From: an uncultured Alphaproteobacteria bacterium
GTDB lineage: Bacteria > Pseudomonadota > Alphaproteobacteria > Rhizobiales > Xanthobacteraceae
Direction: 5' to 3'
NCBI GenBank assembly: GCA_963821975.1
Contig: CAWGFV010000006.1
Location: 38,392-102,391, forward strand
Length of the DNA: 64,000 nt
The notes beneath the pieces were generated by a model, which saw only the letters and a program-made list of their open reading frames with translations, searched no databases and had not been told where the DNA came from. Shown here piece by piece: positions 56,665 through 64,000 of the stretch. The position numbers were made by a program, and so were the translations under genes. Position 1 is the first letter of the stretch, and each line of letters begins with the position of its first letter.

Positions 56665-57408
56665 TTAATTTACGTGACTTCGCCTGAGATATTGCAGTAT
56701 CGCGTGATCAGCAAGGCTTGCGCTAACAAAGGGCCAGCCTTGACCGGGCATCTGGATTTGTCGCGCGATCATCCAGTTCGGTTCATAATGAAAATATTCG
56801 CGAGTGTGGTCATATCCTTGGTGGACGAATGGAACGCCAACAAAAACATCTCGGCCATTCACTATCCTACTCAGTTTTCTACTTAGACGTTTTTCTGCAT
56901 CACGTGTAAATTGAGCGTCGCCAGCACGCGGTTGACCGAAAGTGTAGGCTGCGCTTGGGTCTTTCTTTCCGAAATGAAGCGCAAATGTCATCGCTGCCAA
57001 ATAGGCGGCGGCGCCGCCTTGGCTATGTCCGGTGAAATAAAGGTCTTTCGAGGCGCCGCCAAATTCGCGCAGAGCATTTGTAATCAACGGCGTAGCGTCG
57101 CGAGCAATATTTAGGAATCCTCGATGCACAAACCCATTTCCCCACCAAGCCTTCATCAAGTTAATGTTTGCGCCGAGGCTCCGGGGCGAACGGGGCACCG
57201 TGCCTCGGAACACTACGAAGATTTCGTTGTCTCCGGCAACAATGCCAATAACGGAATTGCTCGCAAAAATATTATAGAGTCTAGTTTGCGAGTTCGCGAC
57301 AAGCTGAACGGCTCTTTGTTTGAACAAAATTGGCAATTCGTAGATTGCATAACTCAGCTCAGCGCAAATCCGCGCTGTAGGCCCATTGTAAGTACCAGGG
57401 GTCACCAT
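56665..57408 (-). CDS. class 3 (fungal-type) lipase family alpha/beta hydrolase
   Basis: EIFVVFRGT strand and nucleophile elbow FTGHSQGGAAAYLAA (GxSxG). No signal peptide seen. Confidence 0.75.
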   Translation of the reverse strand: MVTPGTYNGPTARICAELSYAIYELPILFKQRAVQLVANSQTRLYNIFASNSVIGIVAGDNEIFVVFRGTVPRSPRSLGANINLMKAWWGNGFVHRGFLNIARDATPLITNALREFGGASKDLYFTGHSQGGAAAYLAAMTFALHFGKKDPSAAYTFGQPRAGDAQFTRDAEKRLSRKLSRIVNGRDVFVGVPFVHQGYDHTREYFHYEPNWMIARQIQMPGQGWPFVSASLADHAILQYLRRSHVN

Positions 57409-57781
57409 GAATTCCCTCGGCTGTTCGCAGTTGGTTTTGGTCGTCTAGCAGATTTGAAGCTGTAAAACTTAGGCACTGGCCTCATCCAAGCCTGGTTTGA
57501 TTGCTGATTAAAAATGATGCACAGACGAATTGTGCCGGGTTTCGGCTCTTTTGGTTTGCCCCTTTAAAGTCGCCACCGCACGGGGAGCCCTGGTTGCCGC
57601 TTCGCGGTGGCCGGGGCTCTTCGCGGTGCTCGCCTGTTTTGACCCCTAGTGGCCTCGTTTGAAATCGATAATGCCCCGTCTTGAATTATGACGGCATGGT
57701 CGGATTTATGACATTTGCTAATTGACGGAACTATGGTTTGTCATCGAACAATCATAGCCGGTCAGCGTGAGGGAGTGCCCT

Positions 57782-58003
57782 ATGTGGATACCGACCCAGA
57801 CCGAAGCGGTCGAGATGTTCGCTCGCCATCTTGAAGCTCGTTACCGATACGGCTCTGCGAAGCGTGCGAGAGATACTGCGGAACAGATGAAAGCCAAGGG
57901 GGATCATAGCGGTCACAAAATCTGGAACGATGTGGCCAATATGATTGATCGCTTAAGGCAGACGGAACGGATTACCCATCGTCGCCATTTTGAAATGACG
58001 TAA
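57782..58003 (+). CDS. hypothetical small protein (73 aa)
   Basis: ORF with GGGAG upstream, ending 1 nt before the terminator hairpin of repeat copy C. Confidence 0.35.
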   Translation: MWIPTQTEAVEMFARHLEARYRYGSAKRARDTAEQMKAKGDHSGHKIWNDVANMIDRLRQTERITHRRHFEMT

Positions 58004-58110
58004 GGCCGCCTCAGTTGGCGGCCTCTTTCAATTCAAACCGAGCAATCAATGTCCATTGGAACAAAGTGGACAAAACCCGATCTTGGGCCAGAGATGATTT
58101 GTCGGCTTAT
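58004..58110 (+). repeat. REP/MITE-like dispersed repeat, copy C (short), beginning with a terminator hairpin
   Basis: GGCCGCC tcagtt GGCGGCC TCTTTCAATTCAAACCGAGC...ATGTCCATTGGAACAAAGTGGACAAAACC. Confidence 0.5.
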
Positions 58111-58201
58111 TGGTCTACTTTCGGAATTTGAAATCGGACAGTAGCCCTGTCCTTTTGAGCTACATCATTCAACGCTTTGGCTCACGTCCTAAAAAGTTTG
58201 A

Positions 58202-58405
58202 ATGGTTTGGAAAGCTGACAATCATTCTGCTCCGCTCTGTCCGAATTGCGTGATGCCGATGACGCTCGTGCAGATCAATCCTCGGGTTGTGTCATTTTCC
58301 GAATTACATACTTTTCGCTGTTTTTCTTGCGGAGACGTGCGCGCAATCAAGCAAGGCAAGAGTCCGCAGGCGCAAGCCGCCGGATGGCCCAATGTCACTA
58401 GTTGA
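58202..58405 (+). CDS. hypothetical zinc-ribbon protein (67 aa)
   Basis: CPNC...(x26)...CFSC four-Cys pattern. The 3' end overlaps the next ORF. Confidence 0.4.
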   Translation: MVWKADNHSAPLCPNCVMPMTLVQINPRVVSFSELHTFRCFSCGDVRAIKQGKSPQAQAAGWPNVTS

Positions 58406-58589
58406 TTGGTATCTTCACAAAGCCGAACAGTGCGAATTGAAGGCGAAAGAAGCCGCCGACCCGCAAACGCGCGCCCAGCATTACAATGAGCAAAAGTTGT
58501 GGCTTGAGTTCGCTGAGCTGGAAGGGCCCTCAATTGACCGTATTATTCCTGGAGACCATAACCTCACCACGCGCAAGCCCTTTCATTAG
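58392..58589 (+). CDS. hypothetical small helical protein (65 aa)
   Basis: MSLVDWYLHKAEQCELKAKEAADPQTRAQHYNEQKLWLEFAE. Its start overlaps the upstream ORF by 14 nt. The stop is embedded in the terminator hairpin of copy D. Confidence 0.4.
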   Translation: MSLVDWYLHKAEQCELKAKEAADPQTRAQHYNEQKLWLEFAELEGPSIDRIIPGDHNLTTRKPFH

Positions 58590-58720
58590 GCCGCCTAAAT
58601 TGGCGGCCTCTTTTATTTCAAGCTGAGTGCGCGATGTCGGCTAATGGCACTTAGCGGACATTCGCTGCGTCGCAACAGTTGTCTGCTTTCGGGGGTAAAG
58701 CTGACATGGCTGTGGCATGG
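58589..58720 (+). repeat. REP/MITE-like dispersed repeat, copy D, beginning with a terminator hairpin
   Basis: GGCCGCC taaatt GGCGGCC TCTTTTATTTCAAGCTGAGTGCGCGATGTCGGCTAATGGCACTTAGCGGACATTCGCTGCG... Confidence 0.55.
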
Positions 58721-58734
58721 CCGCCTGCCTGCGC

Positions 58735-59160
58735 TTACCGGCTCGGCGTGCAGTCGCCGGTGAAAGTCTTTTTACCGGCTCGATAATCGGCGATCTCCCG
58801 TGCGCTCACGTCGCTGACATAGCATCGCGGCGACGCTCCGCCCGGCCGGGTATACGCGCTTCGCTTTCCACATCGGCTACCATTGCGCGCACGGTCCTCG
58901 GGACATGCGCAGGGATGGCCCGTGGCATGATAGATCGCCGCGCACTCGCGGATGATCGCCAGTGCAACGTCATGGTCCGCCTGCGCGGCGGCCAGCCTGG
59001 GCCACAGCGGCCAAAAGACTAGCGCCCACAGCGCGAGACTGACGATAAGAGCAAGCGTCAGCGACAACGCGCCCACAAGGCGCTCGCGCCGGGTGCGCGG
59101 CGTTAGATCGAGGCGGCGTCCGTTCGGCTCAAAAAGGGCAACCCGACGCATGGAGATCAT
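58735..59160 (-). CDS. hypothetical membrane-anchored Cys-motif protein
   Basis: One TM (LSLTLALIVSLALWALVFWPLW), then YHATGHPCACPEDRARNGSRCGKRSAYTRPGGASPRCYVSDV. Confidence 0.4.
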   Translation of the reverse strand: MISMRRVALFEPNGRRLDLTPRTRRERLVGALSLTLALIVSLALWALVFWPLWPRLAAAQADHDVALAIIRECAAIYHATGHPCACPEDRARNGSRCGKRSAYTRPGGASPRCYVSDVSAREIADYRAGKKTFTGDCTPSR

Positions 59161-59404
59161 TGTAGCTCAAAGCAGTCGTCAAATCGACGGCCGCTGCGCC
59201 AGCGCGGCTATGCTGCGACGCGCGCGAATGCGATGGCGGCGTTCAAGGCGCGGTAGGTAGGCCAATCGCTGATGCGCTCAGCGGATGCTGTCACTGGCGG
59301 GACTCAATTGGTTATGGTCTCGGCTGTGTTTCGGCGTGCAAATTTGACCCCCTAACCGGGGGTATCGGCGTCCAAAATTGACCCCCTGCTATTCGGCCTG
59401 ATGC

Positions 59405-59434
59405 GCTGCTTGCTTTGATTCGAAAGCAAGCAGC
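59405..59434 (+). promoter_or_regulatory. perfect 12-bp stem hairpin just upstream of the istA RBS
   Basis: GCTGCTTGCTTT gattcg AAAGCAAGCAGC, followed by GAGGGGGAATG. Confidence 0.4.
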
Positions 59435-59442
59435 GAGGGGGA

Positions 59443-60942
59443 ATGCTGACAGTGGACACGATTGGCCGGATTCGGCGCGAGCATTTCCGCAATGGCAAGA
59501 CGATCAAAGAGATTGCCCGGGACCTGAGGGTAGCTCGGAACACGGTCCGCAAGGTGCTGCGGTCAGGTGAGACATCGTTCGAGTACGATCGGGACGTCCA
59601 GCCGCGGCCGAAGTTGGGGCGGTGGACGGCGGATCTCGATGAACTGCTGGACGGGAACGCGGCCAAGTCGGCCCGCGAACAGCTCACGCTGATCCGTATA
59701 TTCGAGGAGTTGCGACGGCGCGGCTACGAAGGCGGTTACGATGCCGTGCGCCGGTACGCCAGACGGTGGAGCAAAGAGCGCGGGCAATCGACGGCCGCAG
59801 CCTACGTGCCACTGAGCTTTGCGCCGGGCGAAGCCTACCAGTTTGACTGGAGCCACGAGGTCGTCCTGCTGAGCGGCGTGACGGTGATTGTGAAGGCCGC
59901 TCATGTCCGGCTCTGCCACAGCCGCATGTTGTTCGTGCGGGCCTATCCGCGCGAGACGCAGGAGATGGTGTTCGATGCCCACGACCGGGCCTTCGCCCTA
60001 TTCAAGGGCGCATGTCAGCGCGGCATCTACGACAACATGAAGACGGCGGTCGAGACGATCCTCGTCGGTAAAGATCGTCTCTATAATCGCCGCTTCCTGC
60101 AGATGTGCAGTCATTACCTCGTCGATCCGGTCGCCTGCACGCCGGCATCGGGCTGGGAGAAGGGTCAGGTCGAGAACCAGGTTGGGCTAGTCCGTGAGCG
60201 CTTCTTCACGCCACGGCTGCGGTTCAAGAACCTCGACGAACTGAACGCCTGGCTGCTCGATAAATGCATCGCCTACGCCAAGGCGCACAGACATCCCGAG
60301 TTCACCGACAAGACGATCTGGGACGTATTCGAGGCCGAGCGGCCGAAGCTCGTTCCCTATGCCGGCCGCTTCGACGGATTCCACGCGGTGCCTGCATCGG
60401 TCTCCAAGACCTGCCTGGTGCGCTTCGACAACAACAAATACTCAGTGGTCGCCAGCGCGGTCGGGCGGCCCGTCGAGGTCCATGCCTATGCCGACCGCAT
60501 CGTCATCCGCCAGGACGGCCGGATCGTCGCTGAGCATCCCCGCTCGTTCGGCCGCGGCGAGACGATCTATGACCCCTGGCATTACGTACCGGTGCTTGCC
60601 CGCAAGCCCGGCGCCCTGCGCAACGGCGCACCGTTCAAGGACTGGGTGCTGCCGGCCGCGATGGAACGCGTGCGGCGTAAGCTTGCCGGCGCCGACGACG
60701 GCAATCGGCAGATGGTCCACATCCTCACCGCGGTGCTCATCGACGGGCTGCCGGCGGTCGATGCCGCCTGCGCCGAGGCGATCGCCCACGGCGTCCACTC
60801 CGCCGATGTGATCCTCAACATCCTGGCCCGCCAGCGCGATCCTGGCCCGCCGATCACGATTGCAACGCCGGCCGCGCTGATGCTGCGCCATGCACCCGTC
60901 GCTGATTGTGCCCGTTACGACAACCTCAGGAGGACTATCTGA
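59443..60942 (+). CDS. istA: IS21-family transposase IstA
   Basis: N-terminal HTH ([21 protein letters not shown]) and DDE core (QFDWSH...YDNMKTAV...GWEKGQVEN). Confidence 0.9.
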   Translation: MLTVDTIGRIRREHFRNGKTIKEIARDLRVARNTVRKVLRSGETSFEYDRDVQPRPKLGRWTADLDELLDGNAAKSAREQLTLIRIFEELRRRGYEGGYDAVRRYARRWSKERGQSTAAAYVPLSFAPGEAYQFDWSHEVVLLSGVTVIVKAAHVRLCHSRMLFVRAYPRETQEMVFDAHDRAFALFKGACQRGIYDNMKTAVETILVGKDRLYNRRFLQMCSHYLVDPVACTPASGWEKGQVENQVGLVRERFFTPRLRFKNLDELNAWLLDKCIAYAKAHRHPEFTDKTIWDVFEAERPKLVPYAGRFDGFHAVPASVSKTCLVRFDNNKYSVVASAVGRPVEVHAYADRIVIRQDGRIVAEHPRSFGRGETIYDPWHYVPVLARKPGALRNGAPFKDWVLPAAMERVRRKLAGADDGNRQMVHILTAVLIDGLPAVDAACAEAIAHGVHSADVILNILARQRDPGPPITIATPAALMLRHAPVADCARYDNLRRTI

Positions 60943-61808
60943 TGGAACGAACTGAACTCTTCGACCTTATGGGCGAGCTCAAACTGTACGGCATGAAGGC
61001 CGCCTTCGACGAGATCATGGCCACCGCCGTCAAACGACAGCATGAACCTCAGCGCATCGTCGGTGATCTGCTCACGGCAGAGATCGGCGAGAAGCAGGCG
61101 CGCTCGATCAAATACCAGCTCACAATCGCCAAGCTGCCGCTCGCCAAGGACCTCGACGACTTCCAGTTCGAGGGCACTCCGATCAACCAGACGCTCGTTA
61201 ACGACCTCGTTGGCGGCGGCTTCATCGCCCAGCAACGCAACGCCGTACTGGTCGGCGGGACCGGCACCGGCAAGACCCATCTTGCCATCGCCATTGCCAG
61301 AAGCTGCATTCGTTCCGGCACCCGTGGCCGGTTCTACAACGTGGTCGACCTCGTCAACCGGCTCGAGACGGAGACCCGGAACGGACGGCAGGGCCGTCTC
61401 GCCGATCATCTGACACGCATGGACTTCATCGTCCTCGATGAACTCGGCTATCTGCCCTTCGCCCAATCAGGCGGCCAACTCCTGTTCCACCTCGTCAGCC
61501 GGCTATACGAACGCACCTCCATCATCGTCACCACCAATTTGGCTTTCGGGGAATGGCCCGCCGTATTCGGTGACGCCAAGATGACCACCGCGCTGCTCGA
61601 TCGCCTGACCCACCACTGCGACATCGTCGAGACCGGCAACGACAGTTGGCGCTTCAAGAGCCGCGACGATGATCACGTCCCAACCCGCGCTCGCCCCGTC
61701 TCCGCAACCCTGGCCAGCTCCGACGGTGCGAGCGCTACCGTCAAAACCCGTGGCCCAAGAGGGTCAAAATTGGACGCCGATCGGGGGTCAAAGTTGGAAG
61801 CCGATTGA
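60942..61808 (+). CDS. istB: IS21-family helper ATPase IstB
   Basis: [12 protein letters not shown], Walker [12 protein letters not shown], Walker [10 protein letters not shown]. The C-terminal tail reads through the terminal repeats. Confidence 0.9.
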   Translation: MERTELFDLMGELKLYGMKAAFDEIMATAVKRQHEPQRIVGDLLTAEIGEKQARSIKYQLTIAKLPLAKDLDDFQFEGTPINQTLVNDLVGGGFIAQQRNAVLVGGTGTGKTHLAIAIARSCIRSGTRGRFYNVVDLVNRLETETRNGRQGRLADHLTRMDFIVLDELGYLPFAQSGGQLLFHLVSRLYERTSIIVTTNLAFGEWPAVFGDAKMTTALLDRLTHHCDIVETGNDSWRFKSRDDDHVPTRARPVSATLASSDGASATVKTRGPRGSKLDADRGSKLEAD

Positions 61809-61811
61809 CAC

Positions 61812-62018
61812 CGTAAAGGCGATTGCCTCGATAATGCCCCGATGGAGAGCTTCTTCCACACTCTCAAAACCGAGCTTGTCCATCATCAGAAATATGCGAC
61901 GAGGGCGGACGCCAAGCGCGACCTGTTCGCCTTCATTGAAGGATTTTACAATCGAATGCGTCTCCACTCGGCAATCGGATATATCAGTCCCGTCGAGATG
62001 GAACGAAAAGCGACTTAA
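61812..62018 (+). pseudogene. 3' fragment of an IS3-family orfB (DDE transposase C-terminus)
   Basis: [68 protein letters not shown], starting exactly at the IS21 right end. Confidence 0.75.
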
Positions 62019-62416
62019 CCCCGTCCACTAAAACGGGGGAAGATCAGTTTTGAAGTCAGGCCGAGCGTCTTCGATGAAGCGTTCCCCATCGCATCAACAG
62101 TCCCCATAATCTGGTCTTCCACAGCACAGGCATTCTTATACGCCTTCTCCCGCGTCTCACGAGCCCGCTCAATCGTGAGGTCCTTGTCTCCCAAGCCAGA
62201 ATCGTAGATTTCCTTCTTCACGCTGGTTGCCAACGCAGCAGCTTTCGATCCTTTTTCGACCTTATGCTTGGCAAAGTGGGTCTGAAGCGTTCGCGTGCTA
62301 ACAGAATACCGCTCCGCCAATTCCACTAGCGTGACGTCGCCAATTTCCCATAAGGCGCAAATCTCCGCCCAAGTGGAGGTCGCGAGGCGATTGTATTGTC
62401 GTTTTGGGCTGGTCAT
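62015..62416 (-). CDS. HTH-domain protein, C-terminus apparently replaced by IS3-end sequence
   Basis: [39 protein letters not shown]. The last 14 aa or so are encoded by sequence adjoining the IS3 fragment. The ATG overlaps the upstream stop (ATGA). Confidence 0.45.
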   Translation of the reverse strand: MTSPKRQYNRLATSTWAEICALWEIGDVTLVELAERYSVSTRTLQTHFAKHKVEKGSKAAALATSVKKEIYDSGLGDKDLTIERARETREKAYKNACAVEDQIMGTVDAMGNASSKTLGLTSKLIFPRFSGRG

Positions 62417-63861
62417 TGGGCAATTCCTTCGTTAGCGCGCTCAAGCACTCTCTTAACCTGAGTGGGATGCCATCCACCGCCTCGCGCAGACCGGACGCCG
62501 CGTGCATTGAGCGCTTCAGCAACCTCTCGAAGCGAGGTCAGGCCGCTTGCCTTAACCTGTTTGATGATTGGAATGGCGTTTTGCACGAACTGCGCTGATG
62601 CTTTTGAGCGAACGGAGCGGGAGTTTCGTTGAGCAACCTCTATATTCGTACGATTGCCGAGCAGCGTGCCGCGTGCTTTTGCTGCGGCGAGGGCGGATTT
62701 CGTTCTCTGCGAGATCATTTCCCGTTCGTGCTCAGCCACCGCCGCAAGGATATGCACGGTTAAGTTGACAGCAAGCTCTGCATGACGAGGTTGCGGTCTC
62801 GCTCGTTTGGGACCTGAGCTGTGCGCGTCACTCAGCTTATTTCGGAGGGCACCGAGGGACTCTACAACTGACTGACAACTGCCAAGGATCTGCTTAAATA
62901 CCGCTTCAGTATGATCGTCGGGCGCAAGTTTGAGGACCTTTGAAAGCTTGCGGTATAACGCTGGCAGGTCATCAGTCTCTTTCCACGTCTCATCTGTCTC
63001 AGACAATATCCACTTGCACACATCTTCCAGAAGAGTCCGTGCGAGCGTTATTGCACCAGCCGGTTCGGTCGCGCGTCGCTCCATTGCTGCCGTCCAGCGA
63101 GCGTGGACGTCCGTAGGATTAAACGCAGCCAAAACGGCTGATATGCTTTCGTCGGCGGGCGAGCCTTTCGGAGTTTGCTTCACACCGTAGACGGGGCTAC
63201 CGGACATGCGCCGTACAACGGCAAGGGTGTAGCCATCCTTCAATAGGAGGCTATTAATCTCAGAGGCGAGTTCTTCTTGCACAGAGGATTTCTGGACCTC
63301 AGGCCCACATACAGCTTCCAGGAACTTAAAAAGGCGCGCACGTGAACAGGTAAGCAACCCTAACTGTTCCAGAAGATCCCGAGGCGTCCAGTCGTAATTC
63401 TGAACCGTGTGCCGAATGATCCTGTCTTCCAGAGTGGCATTTCCAAATTCGTCCAACGGCTGCATTACTGCAATCGGCCAGACACTTCGAACTAGTTCGA
63501 GTTCTTCAATCTCAGTTGCGAGCGGCCTTGTCTCGAACAATGCGATGAGCCTTCGGCGTGTTAGCTTTGTTACTTCAGGTCCTGTTTGCTCGACGAGTTT
63601 GGCCAGTTCCTCAGCAATATAGAATTCGTCGTTTTCGGCCGCGAGTTCCTTAGCAATCTTCAGTACACGGCTTGCTGACACCGCCTGAAGACGAATATCA
63701 GCGAACCTATACTTACTAGTCATCGCCTCCTCTTGTGTGCCGTCGGCTAAACCAAAGCGCTTGCATGCGGCTGGAAGACTGTGCGCCTTCGTCTCAGCCA
63801 ATTTATTAGCAACCAGTTGTCTGATGCGCTTCGCTGCCGAAGCCGAAATAACAGTGTTCAT
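62413..63861 (-). CDS. chimeric ORF: AbiJ/Abi_C-like HEPN protein fused to the C-terminal half of a serine recombinase (resolvase)
   Basis: aa 1-368: about 270 aa N-domain plus a HEPN-type region ...LARTLLEDVCKWIL...LGALRNKLSDAHS (Rx6H)...HAELAVNL. aa 369-482: ILAAVAEHEREMISQRTKSALAAAKARG...SLREVAEALNARGVRSARGGGWHPTQVKRVL (resolvase E-helix plus HTH). No catalytic Ser domain. Confidence 0.6.
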   Translation of the reverse strand: MNTVISASAAKRIRQLVANKLAETKAHSLPAACKRFGLADGTQEEAMTSKYRFADIRLQAVSASRVLKIAKELAAENDEFYIAEELAKLVEQTGPEVTKLTRRRLIALFETRPLATEIEELELVRSVWPIAVMQPLDEFGNATLEDRIIRHTVQNYDWTPRDLLEQLGLLTCSRARLFKFLEAVCGPEVQKSSVQEELASEINSLLLKDGYTLAVVRRMSGSPVYGVKQTPKGSPADESISAVLAAFNPTDVHARWTAAMERRATEPAGAITLARTLLEDVCKWILSETDETWKETDDLPALYRKLSKVLKLAPDDHTEAVFKQILGSCQSVVESLGALRNKLSDAHSSGPKRARPQPRHAELAVNLTVHILAAVAEHEREMISQRTKSALAAAKARGTLLGNRTNIEVAQRNSRSVRSKASAQFVQNAIPIIKQVKASGLTSLREVAEALNARGVRSARGGGWHPTQVKRVLERANEGIAQ

Positions 63862-64000
63862 TGTTTCCCGTCTCGGGTGCTAACCCAACTCGTCCAAGAA
63901 ATAATGTGCGAACAAAATCGGATACAACGAACGGTGCACAAAATAGAAATTATCCACATCCGTAGCACACGGCGGACTGTTACGACCTGCTACAGTTTTT

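Larger units (their letters stand above)
59325..61811 (+). mobile_element. IS21-family insertion sequence (2487 bp), apparently intact
   Basis: Ends TGTGTTTCGGCGTGCAAATTTGACCCCC... and ...GGGGGTCAAAGTTGGAAGCCGATTGACA (TG...CA). Repeated TTGACCCCC-type subterminal sites at both ends. istA-istB with a TGATG overlap. Confidence 0.8.

Overview
High-GC (about 63-66% by eye) alphaproteobacterial chromosome segment. Gene content looks like Rhizobiales of the Bradyrhizobium/Rhodopseudomonas/Afipia type: an acpXL-lpxXL very-long-chain fatty acid lipid A cluster, a PhyR-NepR-EcfG stress locus and a PCuAC copper chaperone. nt 1-39.2 kb is densely coded core: cimA (5' partial), VOC protein, LOG, Atm1-like ABC exporter, psd-pssA, a lone ureE, GST, mmsA, a motA/motB-like stator pair, kup, the six-gene acpXL-fabZXL-fabF2XL-fabF1XL-adhA2XL-lpxXL cluster, a copper module, RlpA, a Fet4-like permease, type II sulfide:quinone oxidoreductase, malic enzyme, amine oxidase, acid phosphatase, the general stress response locus with an HWE kinase, and a cluster of uncharacterised cytoplasmic genes (Kelch propeller, TIM-barrel isomerase, LVIVD propeller, MFS). 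Two core genes (a rhodanese and the LVIVD protein) are split by single-nucleotide frameshifts. From about 39.2 kb to the window end the sequence is a lower- and variable-GC mosaic accessory region. It holds an integrase remnant, IS1182, IS110 and IS21 elements, an IS3 fragment, a divergent tyrosine recombinase preceded by three iterons, two paralogous porin genes with a conserved 137-nt leader, a TPR-sulfotransferase, ClC, an MFS transporter, a class-3 lipase, several small orphan ORFs (two pairs with ATGA overlaps) and an AbiJ-like HEPN protein fused in frame to the C-terminal half of a serine recombinase. At least nine same-orientation copies of a REP/MITE-like palindromic repeat, often beginning with a terminator hairpin, are packed into this accessory region. 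I saw none in the core. I cannot point to one clear, complete multi-gene novel system. The best leads are the repeat family and its association with IS elements, the HEPN-resolvase chimera, the iteron-recombinase unit, the K/R/H/C-free acidic Ser/Thr-rich ORF next to the lipase, and the beta-propeller/TIM-barrel/MFS cluster. No rRNA, tRNA or CRISPR array was seen. All coordinates of non-coding elements were read by eye and are approximate.
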